Below are positions 9,981 to 19,643 of a stretch of DNA of 20,000 nucleotides, one piece after another (within the stretch, counting starts at the first letter, position 1; each line of letters starts with the position of its first letter). The stretch is from Chiloscyllium plagiosum (lineage: Eukaryota), in NCBI RefSeq assembly GCF_004010195.1, contig NC_057754.1, positions 9,349,849 through 9,369,848 on the forward strand, read 5' to 3'. The notes beneath the pieces were generated by a model. It had not been told where the DNA came from. It searched no databases and saw nothing but the letters and a program-made list of their open reading frames with translations. The position numbers and the translations under genes are program-made.

Positions 9981-10092
9981 ACAAAGTCATCTGTCGGTGC
10001 AGAATGGATATTCCAAACAGACAATCGCAGTTCCTCTGCATCATTGGTTTCCTCTTGTACTCCCAAATCTGGAAGAATTGCCTTCAAAGGAA

Positions 10093-10715
10093 GCAAAGGC
10101 GTTGTTGTAATGTCACTGAGCAAGCTAATGTTCTGGAAACATGGGTTCAATTCCCACTAGAGCAGGCAGTGAAATTTTGATTCAATACCAAAATCCGTGG
10201 GCGGCACGGTGGCACAGTGGTTAGCACTGCTGCCTCACAGCACCAGAGACCCAGGTTCAAGACCCACCTCAGGCAACTGACTGTGTGGAGTTTGCACGTT
10301 CTCCCCGTGTCTGCGTGGGTTTCCTCCGGGTGCTCCGGTTTCCTCCCACAGTCCAAAGATGTGCAAGTCAGGTGAATTGGCCATGCTAAATTGCCCGTAG
10401 TGTTAGGTAAGGGGTAACTGTAGGGGTATGGGTGGGTTGCGCTTCGGCGGGTCGGTGTGGACTTGTTGGGCCGAAGGGCCTGTTTCCACACTGTAATGTA
10501 ATCTAATCTAATCAAGCTGGCCTAACCTCTGTCAACTGTTGTAAAATCACATCGGATGCACTAATGTCCTTTAGGAAGGGAAATCTGCCATCTTTTCCCA
10601 ATCTGGCCTACATGTGACTCCAGACCCACAAAGTGGGTGGTTTCACCACCTTATGGACACTGAGGGATGGACAACTAAACACAGGCCTGACCAGAGATAA
10701 CCACATCCAATTAAC
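10093..10715 (+). mobile_element. Older tRNA-derived SINE split by the HE1 copy at 10198-10513
   Basis: B box gggttcaattccc at 10143-10155. The body resumes after 10513 (cactaatgtcctttaggaagggaaatctgcc...ctggcctacatgtgactccagaccc). Confidence 0.65.
10198..10513 (+). mobile_element. HE1-type V-SINE, young full-length copy
   Basis: CpG-retaining full consensus with (aatct)n tail; nearly identical to 15628-15928. Confidence 0.93.
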
Positions 10716-10839
10716 TCAGGAAAAACTCTCTCAAACAAATAAACTGTCGGACAATTCTTCTCAATTTAACAAACTTGAGCAACTACAGACAAATCAGATT
10801 TGTTTCTGGAACCTAATTATTCCTCTCCTTCCAGCTCCT

Positions 10840-11095
10840 GTCAAGATGGTGGCCGCGCCTGCGCCCTCTGGATTAACGCCTCAGACAACTTCTGCACATG
10901 CGCTAGCGCCAGGGTGACTGACGGCGGAGTCAGACCAATAGGAAAAGGGGACTGGGCGGGACGGGTGTCAATAGGGTCCTCCAACCAATCAGAGCGCAGG
11001 CTGCGAATGGAGCATGCGTATTGTGCGAGTGCTGGAGACGGATCGGAGCGCTCGGTGTGGGCTGTGGAAACTCCCGGAGCCCCTTTTTTATGCTG
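10840..11095. promoter_or_regulatory. CpG-rich TATA-less promoter, probably bidirectional
   Basis: Local CpG enrichment in a CpG-poor window. YY1-like CAAGATGGTGGC 10842-10853; NRF1-like GCGCCTGCGC 10855-10864, TGCACATGCGCT 10893-10904 and AGCATGCGTA 11011-11020; CCAAT boxes 10935-10939 and 10985-10989; GC box GGGCGGG 10954-10960. Lies about 0.9 kb upstream of the ZNF-B acceptor. Confidence 0.75.
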
Positions 11096-11305
11096 ACCCC
11101 TCGGAAACTCGTTATTGCAGGTCAGCGATGGATTGACACACAGCAAACCTCAACTGAGAGGAATGTTTGTTTCACCTGGTCTCTCTGTCAACTCCTTTTA
11201 AAGGAAATTCAGTGGCAGGCGTTCACACGGAACAGGTCCTGTGAGCCTGCTTTGCTAATCAACATAACAAGGGGTGATCTTCTATTTCAGTGATGTGGAG
11301 AAGGT

Positions 11306-11472
11306 TAAAAAAATCACACAACACCCAGGTTACTGTCCAACAGGGTTGTTTAGAAGAACTAAATTAAATTCTGTGTCTTATGATCCTGCTCCACAGCTCC
11401 CTGATGGAGGAGCTGCATTCCGAAAGCTAGTGCTTCCAAATTAAACCTGTTGGACTATATTGTGTGATTTTC
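11306..11472. mobile_element. Penelope-type fold-back element (second family) with hammerhead-like core
   Basis: Inverted repeats aaaatcacacaa 11310-11321 / ttgtgtgatttt 11460-11471 and gtccaacagg 11335-11344 / cctgttggac 11446-11455. Core CTGATGG-A-GGAG-ctgca-TTCC-GAAA-GCTA at 11401-11429. Confidence 0.7.
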
Positions 11473-11479
11473 TCTTTTC

Positions 11480-11670
11480 AATATCATAGAGTCATACTGT
11501 TTGGAAGCAGACCCTTTGGTCCAACTCGTCCATGCTGACCAAGTTTCCCAAACGAAATTAGTCCCACTTGCCTGTGTTCGGCCCGTATCTCTCTAAACCT
11601 TTCCTATTCGTGTAATTGTCTGAATATCTTATAAATTTGTAACTGTATCTGTCACTACCGTTTCTCCTGC
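11480..11670 (-). mobile_element. CR1 LINE 3' end
   Basis: catagagtcata...gaccctttggtccaactcgtccatgctgacc matches the antisense tails at 18076 and 19644. Confidence 0.8.
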
Positions 11671-12415
11671 TTTTTCCCCATAGGAGGAGGTGTGGCTCAG
11701 GTACAGGCAGCTAGGATCAAGGGAATCCCTGGAGCTACCTGGGGAATACAGGAGTTTATTGAAGAATGAAATCAGGAGGGCAAAAAAAGGGGCACGAGAT
11801 AGCCTGAGCTGAGAAGATTAGGGTGAATCCAAATAGGTTCTTCAAGGAAAAATAATAACGAGAAAGAGAATAGGCCCCCTCAATGACAGATGTATGTGGA
11901 ACCACAGGCAATATTCTAAATGAATATGTCTTCTCTGTGTTTATCAGGGAGAAAGACATGAAGACTTGGGGAAGTTACAGGTGATATTTTGAGGACAGTC
12001 CATTTCACAGTAGTGGTGGTGTTTGATGTATTGGAATGTATAAAGATGGATAAATCTCGTGGTCCTGACCAAATATATCTAAGAACACTGCAAGAGAAGA
12101 AATTGCAGGGTCCCTGACTGATATTTTTGCATAATCGTTAGCCACAGGTGAGATCCTGGAAGGTTGGAGGGCAGCAAATGTTGTGCCCTTATTCAAGAAG
12201 GGCTGCAAAGAAACACCTAGGAACTACAGACCAGGAAGCCTAACATCTGTGATAGGTACATTACTTGAGAAGATTCTGAGAGATAAGATATCCAAGCATT
12301 GGGTAAGATGGGGTTTTGTGCATGGGGGATCATGCCTCACACATTTGTTTGAGTTCTTTGATGAAGTGACCCAGAAGTTTGACGTGGGCAGGGCGGTAAA
12401 CATAGTCTATATGGA

Positions 12416-12537
12416 GAAAGTGAGGACTGCAGATGCTGGAGATGAGAATCGAGAGTGTAGTGCTGGAAAAGCATGGCTTCCTGATGAAGGGCTTATGCCT
12501 GAAACATCGATTCTCCTGCTCCTCGGATGCTGCCTGA
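12416..12537 (+). mobile_element. 122-bp Penelope-type insertion (third family) within a CR1 reverse-transcriptase region, 9-bp TSD
   Basis: Flanked by CTATATGGA at 12407-12415 and 12538-12546; removing it restores AVNIVYMDFSKAFDEV. Confidence 0.85.
12481..12515 (+). ncRNA. Minimal type I hammerhead ribozyme-like motif (slightly decayed)
   Basis: CTGATGA-A-GGGC-ttat-GCCT-GAAAC-ATC-gattctc: intact CUGAUGA and GAAA cores, 4-bp stem II with one G-U pair, and an NUH triplet AUC at 12506-12508. Confidence 0.6.
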
Positions 12538-12760
12538 CTATATGGACTTCAGTAAGGCTTTTGATGAGGTTCTTACAGATAGGCTGCTCTGGAAGGTTAC
12601 ATTGCTTGGAATCCAGGGGAAGCTGGCAAATTGGATACACAATTAGCTTGATGGTTGGAAGCAGTGGGTAACAGTGGAAGGATGCTTGTTGGACTAGGGG
12701 CCTGTGAATAGTGGAGTGCCTCAGGAGTCAGTGATGCTCCATTACTATTTGTTATCTACA

Positions 12761-13964
12761 ATTGCAGTAAGGTACCCCTACTTCTGAACTCAAATCCTCT
12801 TGCAATAAACCAAAGCCAATAAACCATTTGCCCTCATAACTGCTTGCTGCACCTGCCTATCTACTTTCATTGACTGGTGCATAAGGGCACGCAGGTCCCT
12901 ATATAGATTACATTTCCTGATATTTCACCATTAAATAGTACTCTTACTTTCTGTTTTCACACTAAAATATATAAATTTACATTTAACCACTTTATACTGC
13001 ATTTGTCAGGTTATTTCCCACTCACTCAACTTGTCTAAATCACCTTGAAGCCTCTTTACATTCTCCTCACAATGCACAATTCTGCCTAGTTCTGTATCGT
13101 CAGCAGACTTAGAAATGTTGACTTTGCTTTTCTCATCCGGGTCAATTATAAACATTATAAATAGCTGGGGCCCAAGCACGGATTCTTGTTGTATACCATT
13201 AGGCACTTGGAAAAAGACTCACTTATGCCCATGCTGTGTTTCCTGTCTTAACCAACTCTCAACCATTGCCATTATATTACTGCTATCCCATATGTACTAA
13301 TTTGTCCAGTAAGAGATCTTATCAAAAGCCTTCTATCCACTTGTTCTTCCTTATATATTCTTCTCATTAAATCCTCAAAAATCTCCATTAGATTTCTTAA
13401 ACATGATTAGCCTTTCATAAACCCATGCTGGCTTTGCACAATCTTGTTAATGCTTTCCAACTGTTTTGTTGTCACACTTGTTTATAATAGACTCTTAACA
13501 TTTTCCCCACTGGTATTACGTTAATTGGTCTGTAATTCTCCATGTTCTTTCTCTCTCCCTTTTTAAATAGTGGGGTTACATTTTCTGCCTTCCAATTTGT
13601 GGGAAATGCTCCAGAGTCTATAGAATTTTGGGAGTTAACTGCCCAAACATCCATTATTTCCAGTGCCACTTCCCTTAGTACTCTGGGATGTATATATAAT
13701 GCCCTGGTAATTTGACAGCCCCATTAATGTCCCGAGCACTATTTTCTTTGTAATGCTGATTTCCTTCAACTCTTCTCCCTCACTAGACCCTTGGTTCCCT
13801 AATATTTATGGGAGGTTATTTGTGCCCTCTTTTGTGAACACAGAATCAAAGTATGCGTTCAATTCTTCAGCCATTTCTTTGTGGTTCATTATAATTTCAT
13901 CTGCTTCTGGTTGTAAAGGACTTGCATTTGTCTTTACTAACATTTTTCTCTTCACATATTTATA
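12761..13964 (-). mobile_element. CR1 ORF2 fragment (reverse transcriptase), degenerate
   Basis: Minus ORFs YKYVKRKMLVKTN, WKAENVTPLFKKGERKNMENYRPI and GIQQESVLGPQLF...KSADDTEL. Confidence 0.9.
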
Positions 13965-13967
13965 TTT

Positions 13968-14130
13968 AGAGAGAGTAACCTCAAACCACACATCACGTTA
14001 AGATCTGATAGAGTCACTCCATTCACCAGGACCTGAATATCATGGCCTTTGACCAAGGAAGTAAAAAGGTTTATCTGTTGTGCTATGGGAAAAGATTTGA
14101 GATCAGTGTAACTAGAAATGCCCCAGAAAA
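13968..14130 (+). pseudogene. Remnant of the 5' part of a third ZNF paralogue exon
   Basis: tcaaaccacacatcac...gatctgatagagtc...cctgaatatcatggcctttgaccaaggaagtaaaaag aligns by eye with ZNF-A 787-878 (tcaaactgaccatcac...gatttgataagagtc...cctgaaaatcaatgcattttgaacatggaaggaaaaag). Followed by a frameshifted finger-like relic (tttatctgttgtgctatgggaaaagattt). Confidence 0.6.
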
Positions 14131-14183
14131 TTCAAAATCTTGCCCAATCCATGCCTGGACAAATGTAATAACTATTTTTTTAA

Positions 14184-14273
14184 AAAATGGTGGAAGTACT
14201 CAGTAGGTCAGGTAGCACCTGTAGATGAAAAACAACATTAATATTTTAGGTCAACATGACCCTTTGTCAGAAC
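14184..14273 (-). mobile_element. Decayed single arm of a Penelope-type element with relic hammerhead core
   Basis: tggaagtactcagtaggtcaggtagcacctgtag resembles the arms at 26-58 and 15353-15385. Minus strand 14270-14244 reads CTGACAA-AG-GGTC-atgtt-GACC-T-AAAA. Confidence 0.5.
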
Positions 14274-14391
14274 AGAAAACCTATGTTCACTTTTTAGCAC
14301 CATATTTCAGGAAGGATATACTGTACTGGCTCTTGGGTCAGAGCACTGAGATAGACTCCATATATCATTGGGGTTTGAGAAAAAAAATGAT

Positions 14392-15250
14392 TCATGGACA
14401 TTATAGCACAGAATGAGGGCATTCTGCCCTTGAAGTCTCCATAGCACAATCCAGGCTGTCACATTCCACTCAATTCACAATGCCCTGCAAGGTTATTTCC
14501 TTGGGTATGGATACAATGTACTTGATAAATCATTGACCACTTTCTGAGACCACCTCTCTCTTAGGCAGTGAGTTCTGGGTACTTCCACTTGTTGCATAAC
14601 AAACATCCTCTCATCCTCCCTGCATCCTTTCCCAAAAGCCTTGTAGGGTGACACGGTGGCTCAGTGGTTAGCACTGCTGCCTCACAGCGTCAGGGACCTG
14701 GGTTCAATTCCAGCCTCAAGTGACTATCTGTATGGAGTTTGCATGTTCTTATGTGTCTGTATGAGTTTCCTCTGGGTGCTCTGGTTTTCTCTCACAATCC
14801 AAAGATGTGCAGGTTAGGTGAATTGGCCAGGCTAAATTGCCCAGTGTTGAGGGATGTGTAGGTTAGGTGTATTAGTCAGGTAAATGTAGAGTAATAGTGT
14901 AGGAGAATGGGTCTGGATGGGTTACTCTTTGGAGGGTTGTTGTAGATCTTTTTGGCCAAATGGCCTGTTCCCACACTGTAGGGATTCTATGATCTGTCTT
15001 CCATAACCCTTGGCCCATCACAGAACGAACATAATATTTTGTCTACCTCAAATAAATCTGTCAAAATCTTGCAGATCTAAAGTGTGCGGACTGAACTGGG
15101 CTCTGGGTGTGTTCTAAACAGAGCTTTATAAAAGGTCTGCACTTTTTTCCCTGCTTTTGTTCTCAACATCTTTATTTGTGACAAAATGTCCTGCTACTTT
15201 CAAAAATCTGCACACGTCAAACTCCCAGTCCCTGTGTCTTTGCACTCTTT
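14392..15250 (-). mobile_element. Highly decayed CR1 3' fragment, interrupted by HE1 at 14646-14993
   Basis: Tail-like catggacattatagcacagaatgagggcattctgccc; weak similarity to the other antisense CR1 ends. Confidence 0.4.
14646..14993 (+). mobile_element. HE1-type V-SINE
   Basis: Head, V-domain and tail as in the other copies; CpG-decayed. Confidence 0.9.
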
Positions 15251-15300
15251 ATCTCTCTGCGTTTTATATATATATATTTTTAACAACATTTTAAGTTTTT

Positions 15301-15486
15301 AAAAACCAAAACACCTGCAGATGCTGTAAATCTAAAATGAAAACAGAAATTGCTGGAAAAGCTCAGCAAGTCTGGCAGCATCTGTAAAGAGAAATCAAAC
15401 ATTTTGAGTCTGGTGAAGGGGTCACCGGATCCAAAATGTTAACTCTAATTTCTCTTCACAGATGCTGCCAGACCTGCTGAGCTTTT
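15301..15486. mobile_element. Penelope-type fold-back element with decayed hammerhead core
   Basis: Near-perfect 39-bp inverted repeat 15357-15395 / 15448-15486. Centre reads gagt-CTGGTGA-AG-GGGTC-accg-GATCC-AAAA-TGTT-a-actc. Confidence 0.75.
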
Positions 15487-15627
15487 AAGTTTTTTTTATT
15501 TCAGTTGAAGGTTGATTTCCCTGGAATTTAGTATATTAAAGCTTTGATTATATTAATTGGGAATGCAACATTAGAATGGAACTATTATTATGAATCCACC
15601 AAACCACATTTAAAAAAAATCTCCTTA

Positions 15628-15928
15628 TGGGTGGCACGGTGGCACAGTGGTTAGCACTGTTGCCTCACAGCGCCAGAGACCCGGGTTCAATTCCCGCCTC
15701 AGGCGACTGACTGTGTGGAGTTTGCACGTTCTCCCTGTGTCTGCGTGGGTTTCCTCCGGGTGCTCCGGTTTCCTCCCACAGTCCAAAGATGTGCAGGGTC
15801 AGGTGAATTGGCCATACTAAATTGCCCGTAGTGTTAGGTAAGGGGTAAATGTAGGGGTATGGGTGGGTTTTGCTTTGGCGGGTCGGTGTGGACTTCCACA
15901 CTGTAATCTAATCTAATCTAATCTAATC
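15628..15928 (+). mobile_element. HE1-type V-SINE, young copy with short tail deletion
   Basis: Near-identical to 10198-10513 but lacking about 21 nt (gttgggccgaagggcctgttt); (taatc)5 tail. Confidence 0.93.
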
Positions 15929-16096
15929 CTTGACCCCACTCTCCACTACTCTTGAAAGGTAGCTCACCTTCTCTGACCTTCCCTTGCCCTCAAAACTTCT
16001 GACATTTGATCCCCCCCCGCCACACACCAACAACCCAAGGATTTATCACTGGCACCTACTAATTCTCATCAATACACTGCCATAACATCATTCTAT

Positions 16097-17085
16097 GACT
16101 AGTGACTAGTGGTGTACCTCCGGGGTTGGTGCAGGGCCCATTGCTGTTTGTAATGTATATCAATGATTAGTAAGTTTGCAGGTGACAATAAAATAGGCAG
16201 AATTGTGGACAGTGAGGAAGGTTATCAGAAATTGCAGCAGGGGAAGTGGGCTGAGAAAAGGCAAATGGAGTTGAATACAGATAAGTGTGAGGTGTTGCAT
16301 TTTGGAAAGTCAAATCAAGGTCGGAATTTGATGGGAAGTGGTAGGGCCTTAAGGAGTGTAGTGGACCTTGGAGTCCAGGTGCATGGTTCTCTGAAAGGGG
16401 AGTCCCAGGTAGACAGGGCAGTGAAGAAGGCTTTTGGAGCACTGGCCTTCATCAGTCAGGGCATTGAATGCAGAAGTTGGGAAGTTATGTTGCAGTTGTA
16501 CAGGACGTTGGTGAGGCCGCACTTAGAAAACTGTGTTCAGTTTTGGTCACTTTGCTACAGGAAGGATGTTATTAAACTAGAGAGTGCAGAAGAAATTTAC
16601 AAGGATGTTGCTGGGACTCGAGTCTGAGTTATAGGGAGAGATTGGACAAGCGAGGACTTCCTTCTTTACAGCGTAGGAGACTTGGAGGGGGAGGGGGGGG
16701 GGGAGGAAATCTTATGGAAGTGTATAAGATCATGAGAGACATGGATAGGGTGAATGCACTCAGTCTTTTTCCCAGGGTTGGGGAATCAAGGGCTACAGGA
16801 CATCAGTTTCAGGTGAGAGGGGCAAGAATAAAAGGGAACCCAAGGCGCACAGTTTTTACACAGAGGGTGGTACGCATATGGATTGAGCTGCCAGTGGAAG
16901 TGGGTGAGGCGGGTACATTAACAATATTTAAAAGGCATAAGTACATGGATAAGTACATGGACAGGAAAGGTTCAAAAGGGTATGGGCCAAGTGCAGGGAA
17001 ATGGGGTTAGTGTGGATGGACGTTTTGGTCAGCATCAACCAGATTGGGCCGAAGTGCCTGTCTCTGTGCTGTGGGGCATGGCCTC
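16097..17085 (+). mobile_element. CR1/HER1 LINE ORF2 3' portion and 3' UTR
   Basis: SGVP..GPLLF.MYIND, ISKFAGDNKIG, KCEVLHFGKSN, LYRTLVRPHLE, FTQRVVRIW; frameshifted. Confidence 0.92.
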
Positions 17086-17649
17086 TAAGTCTCTAAAGCA
17101 CCACGATAACTTTATGTACACTGAAAAAGTCCAGCTGTCCTCACCACTATCCTCTCTATTTTCCACTTTGCTAAATTAGCAGGCTGTTTATCTGACATAC
17201 AGTATTGACTAAAGATATATTTTCCACATTATAATTTGGAAGGTTAAAGCTATTGTCTCTAATCGCTACTTTTTAAAAAGTTGTTCCCTCATGACAGAGT
17301 CCAGCCCTCTCCTAGAACTGTGCGAGGCTGGCCCTGTGGTCAGGGTGGTAGGAGGATGCAGTGAATATCTTTCATCATGGGGAGCAGCTAAATGGCCTGT
17401 CCATGATGTGAACTCCTATGTTCTTACAGTCACTGAACCATGCCCCACAGAGAGGATGAGAGAGCAGTCTCTTGTCAGTGTGAGGGAACTAATGCTCCAT
17501 TAGTTGCACTGACCTCATGAATCTCTTCCCACATATTGAGTAGGTGAGTGTCCTCTTCCTATTCAGAGTTCATGGGTGAATCAGCATGTTTACCTGTTGT
17601 GTCAATTTCAACAGGAAGAGAACCATCTCTTACCACTTCACCCACTGGT

Positions 17650-18220
17650 GTAGAAGAGATTCACCAGGACGTTGTCTTAGGTGGAGCATTTCTCTCACTA
17701 AGAGAGATTGGATAGACTGAGATTCTTTTTGTTCGAGCAGAGAATGCTGAAGGGAGATCTGATGGAAGTATACAAGGTTCTGAGGGGCCCAGATAGGGTA
17801 GATAGGGAGAAACATTTCCACTTAGTACAGGGGCCATAATGAAGGGCACAGTCTTAAGGTAAGGAATAGGAGGATAAGAAGGGGTTTAAGGAAAATGTTT
17901 TTCCCCTCAAAAGTTTGTGGGTATCTGAAACTCACTGCCTGAAAGGACGGTTGAGATAGGAACCTTCAAGACATTTAAGAATTATTTAGGTAAGCAGTTG
18001 AAATGATATAGTACACACGACTACAGGACAAGTGCTAAAAAATTGGATTAGAATAAATGGATGTTTGCTGACTTAGAGTCATAGTCATAAAGTCATAGAG
18101 GTTTACAGCACGGAAACAGACTCTTGGGACCAATTCATCCATGCTGACCAGATATCCCAACTTATGCGGACACAATGGGTGGAAGGGACATTTTCCATGC
18201 TGTAAAAACTCTATGATTCT
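17650..18220 (+). mobile_element. CR1 LINE 3' end with a short antisense CR1 tail nested at 18076-18159
   Basis: agaagagattcaccagg...agggagatcttgatggaagtatacaag ORF2 end; tail continues at 18165-18220; 5-bp direct repeat ACTTA at 18071-18075 and 18160-18164. Confidence 0.8.
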
Positions 18221-18414
18221 CATCAGTTTCCAGCTGAGAGTCCCAATCACACCAATGTTTGAAATCTCTTCCCGCAGGAACAAACAAAAACTTCTCTGTC
18301 CATACAGAAAGGCTGATGATATTATGAAGAACACGATGAACCCAGTGACTGTCAGCTTTAGACATGATAGTTTCCTGTATATGAATCCTCTCCTTAAGAA
18401 AAGTCCTTTCTATA

Positions 18415-18660
18415 ATTACATCCCAGGATTTTAATGGAAACAGTTAGAGCTAGTGTATCACTGGTAATGATCTTGTAAGAATCCTTAGATTCTGAAAAAA
18501 AATTCCAGAAGGTTAGAAAACTGTCAATATAATACCCTTATTCAAAAAGAGAGACAGAAAAGCTAACTATTGGCCAGTTAGTTTAATATCTGTCATTCTG
18601 AAATATTAGAGTACATTACAAAGGATGTATTAATAGAGTATTTAGAAATGCATAATATAA
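18415..18660 (+). mobile_element. CR1 ORF2 fragment
   Basis: HPRIL..., NIIPLFKK and NYWPVSLISV-like sequence. Confidence 0.7.
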
Positions 18661-19337
18661 TCTCTCTTGGACAGAACAACAGATCATTGTTGAAACTAAA
18701 AGTGAGGAGGTACAGCGAATATTCTAACTGGATTCCCTTTCAGGATCAGCAAGTAATTGTTGACTAAATGCATCAGTCAGTCAGATTGCACATTAACTGA
18801 ATTAATTAGCTTTGATGGAACAGTATCTTTTGTTTGAACTGTTTACATTTTATAAATTAGAAATTTGCATGACACACATGCCTGTGGCATATGATTATTG
18901 ACTTACATTGACTTTGAGAACCTAGTTGGTTGAAATCATGGAGGGAGCCTCCCTTGAACAGGATAGCCAATTACAGCTTGGTTCTGTCATTGCATTACAA
19001 ATGATCCAAGTTTTCAAATTAAATCATAAAACTATTCAGCTCTAGCTTTCACCTGTAGTGTCTCTCTGCTGATATAAATGATCTGCAACTGAGAGCGCGG
19101 GCGAGTTACTAGCAGGAAGGAAAGCGAAGTTAATGCTGTTTACTTGTCCACCAAAATAAAAGTCTTTGTGCTATCATAAATAAAAGGGGAAGTCTTCAGT
19201 TTCATATCCATAAGTGAGAGTCACAGCTGGTAACACACATTTAGTCCTTACTTCTTTACCTCTGTGTCCCTTTTTCAACAAACATATTAATGTTCCCTGA
19301 ATTTATGGCTGCAAAGTTCGAGGTACCATCTCATGGG

Positions 19338-19643
19338 TGTGATGATGCTGTCACTTTAAAAAGGTTAGTTTGTCCTTGGAATTTTTAAAGAGAGGTTGTA
19401 AAGGTAGAGGTGACAAAGAGTCCAGAGAGTTTAACAATGGAAGGAGTGTGTTTTCTTTTTTAGCTGTAGCAGTGACAAGATGTGCGAGTCCAGAAGAGCT
19501 GCAAGTTCCAGTAAAGGATTCCTCGGACTTTCTCTGAAATCTCTCTCTGGATGTTGCTCCCTCCTGCCTATAAGAGTCTGTGTTTGAATCTACCTTTTTG
19601 TCAAGGGGTGTGTTTATGGGATGATGTTACTGTGGAACAGTTA
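19338..19643. repeat. Possible LTR fragment
   Basis: Starts TGT and resembles shark LTR-like interspersed repeats from memory only; no PBS or PPT is visible. Confidence 0.25.

Larger units (their letters stand above)
11682..12760 (+). mobile_element. CR1 ORF2 fragment (tether and N-terminal reverse transcriptase), degenerate
   Basis: EIRRAK..HE, PLFKKGCKETPRNYRPGSLTSV, GFVHGGSCLT, YMDFSKAFD and SGVPQ motifs, with stops and frameshifts. Confidence 0.9.

Noticed and set aside
10198..10270. tRNA gene (A and B boxes); likewise the other SINE heads
   Set aside because: These are tRNA-derived SINE heads continuous with the SINE body, with no complete cloverleaf.
10633..11293. Several overlapping 90-101 aa ORFs
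   Set aside because: Expected in GC-rich promoter sequence; no domain similarity.
16163..17010. Functional reverse transcriptase or a poly-Gly protein
   Set aside because: Truncated, frameshifted CR1; the catalytic FADD is mutated to FAGD, and the poly-Gly comes from a local G-run (16684-16706).
17430..17543. 114-nt candidate exon (ttcttacAG ... GTGAGT)
   Set aside because: All three frames contain stops, and the acceptor looks derived from a LINE-like tail; could only be non-coding and has no other support.
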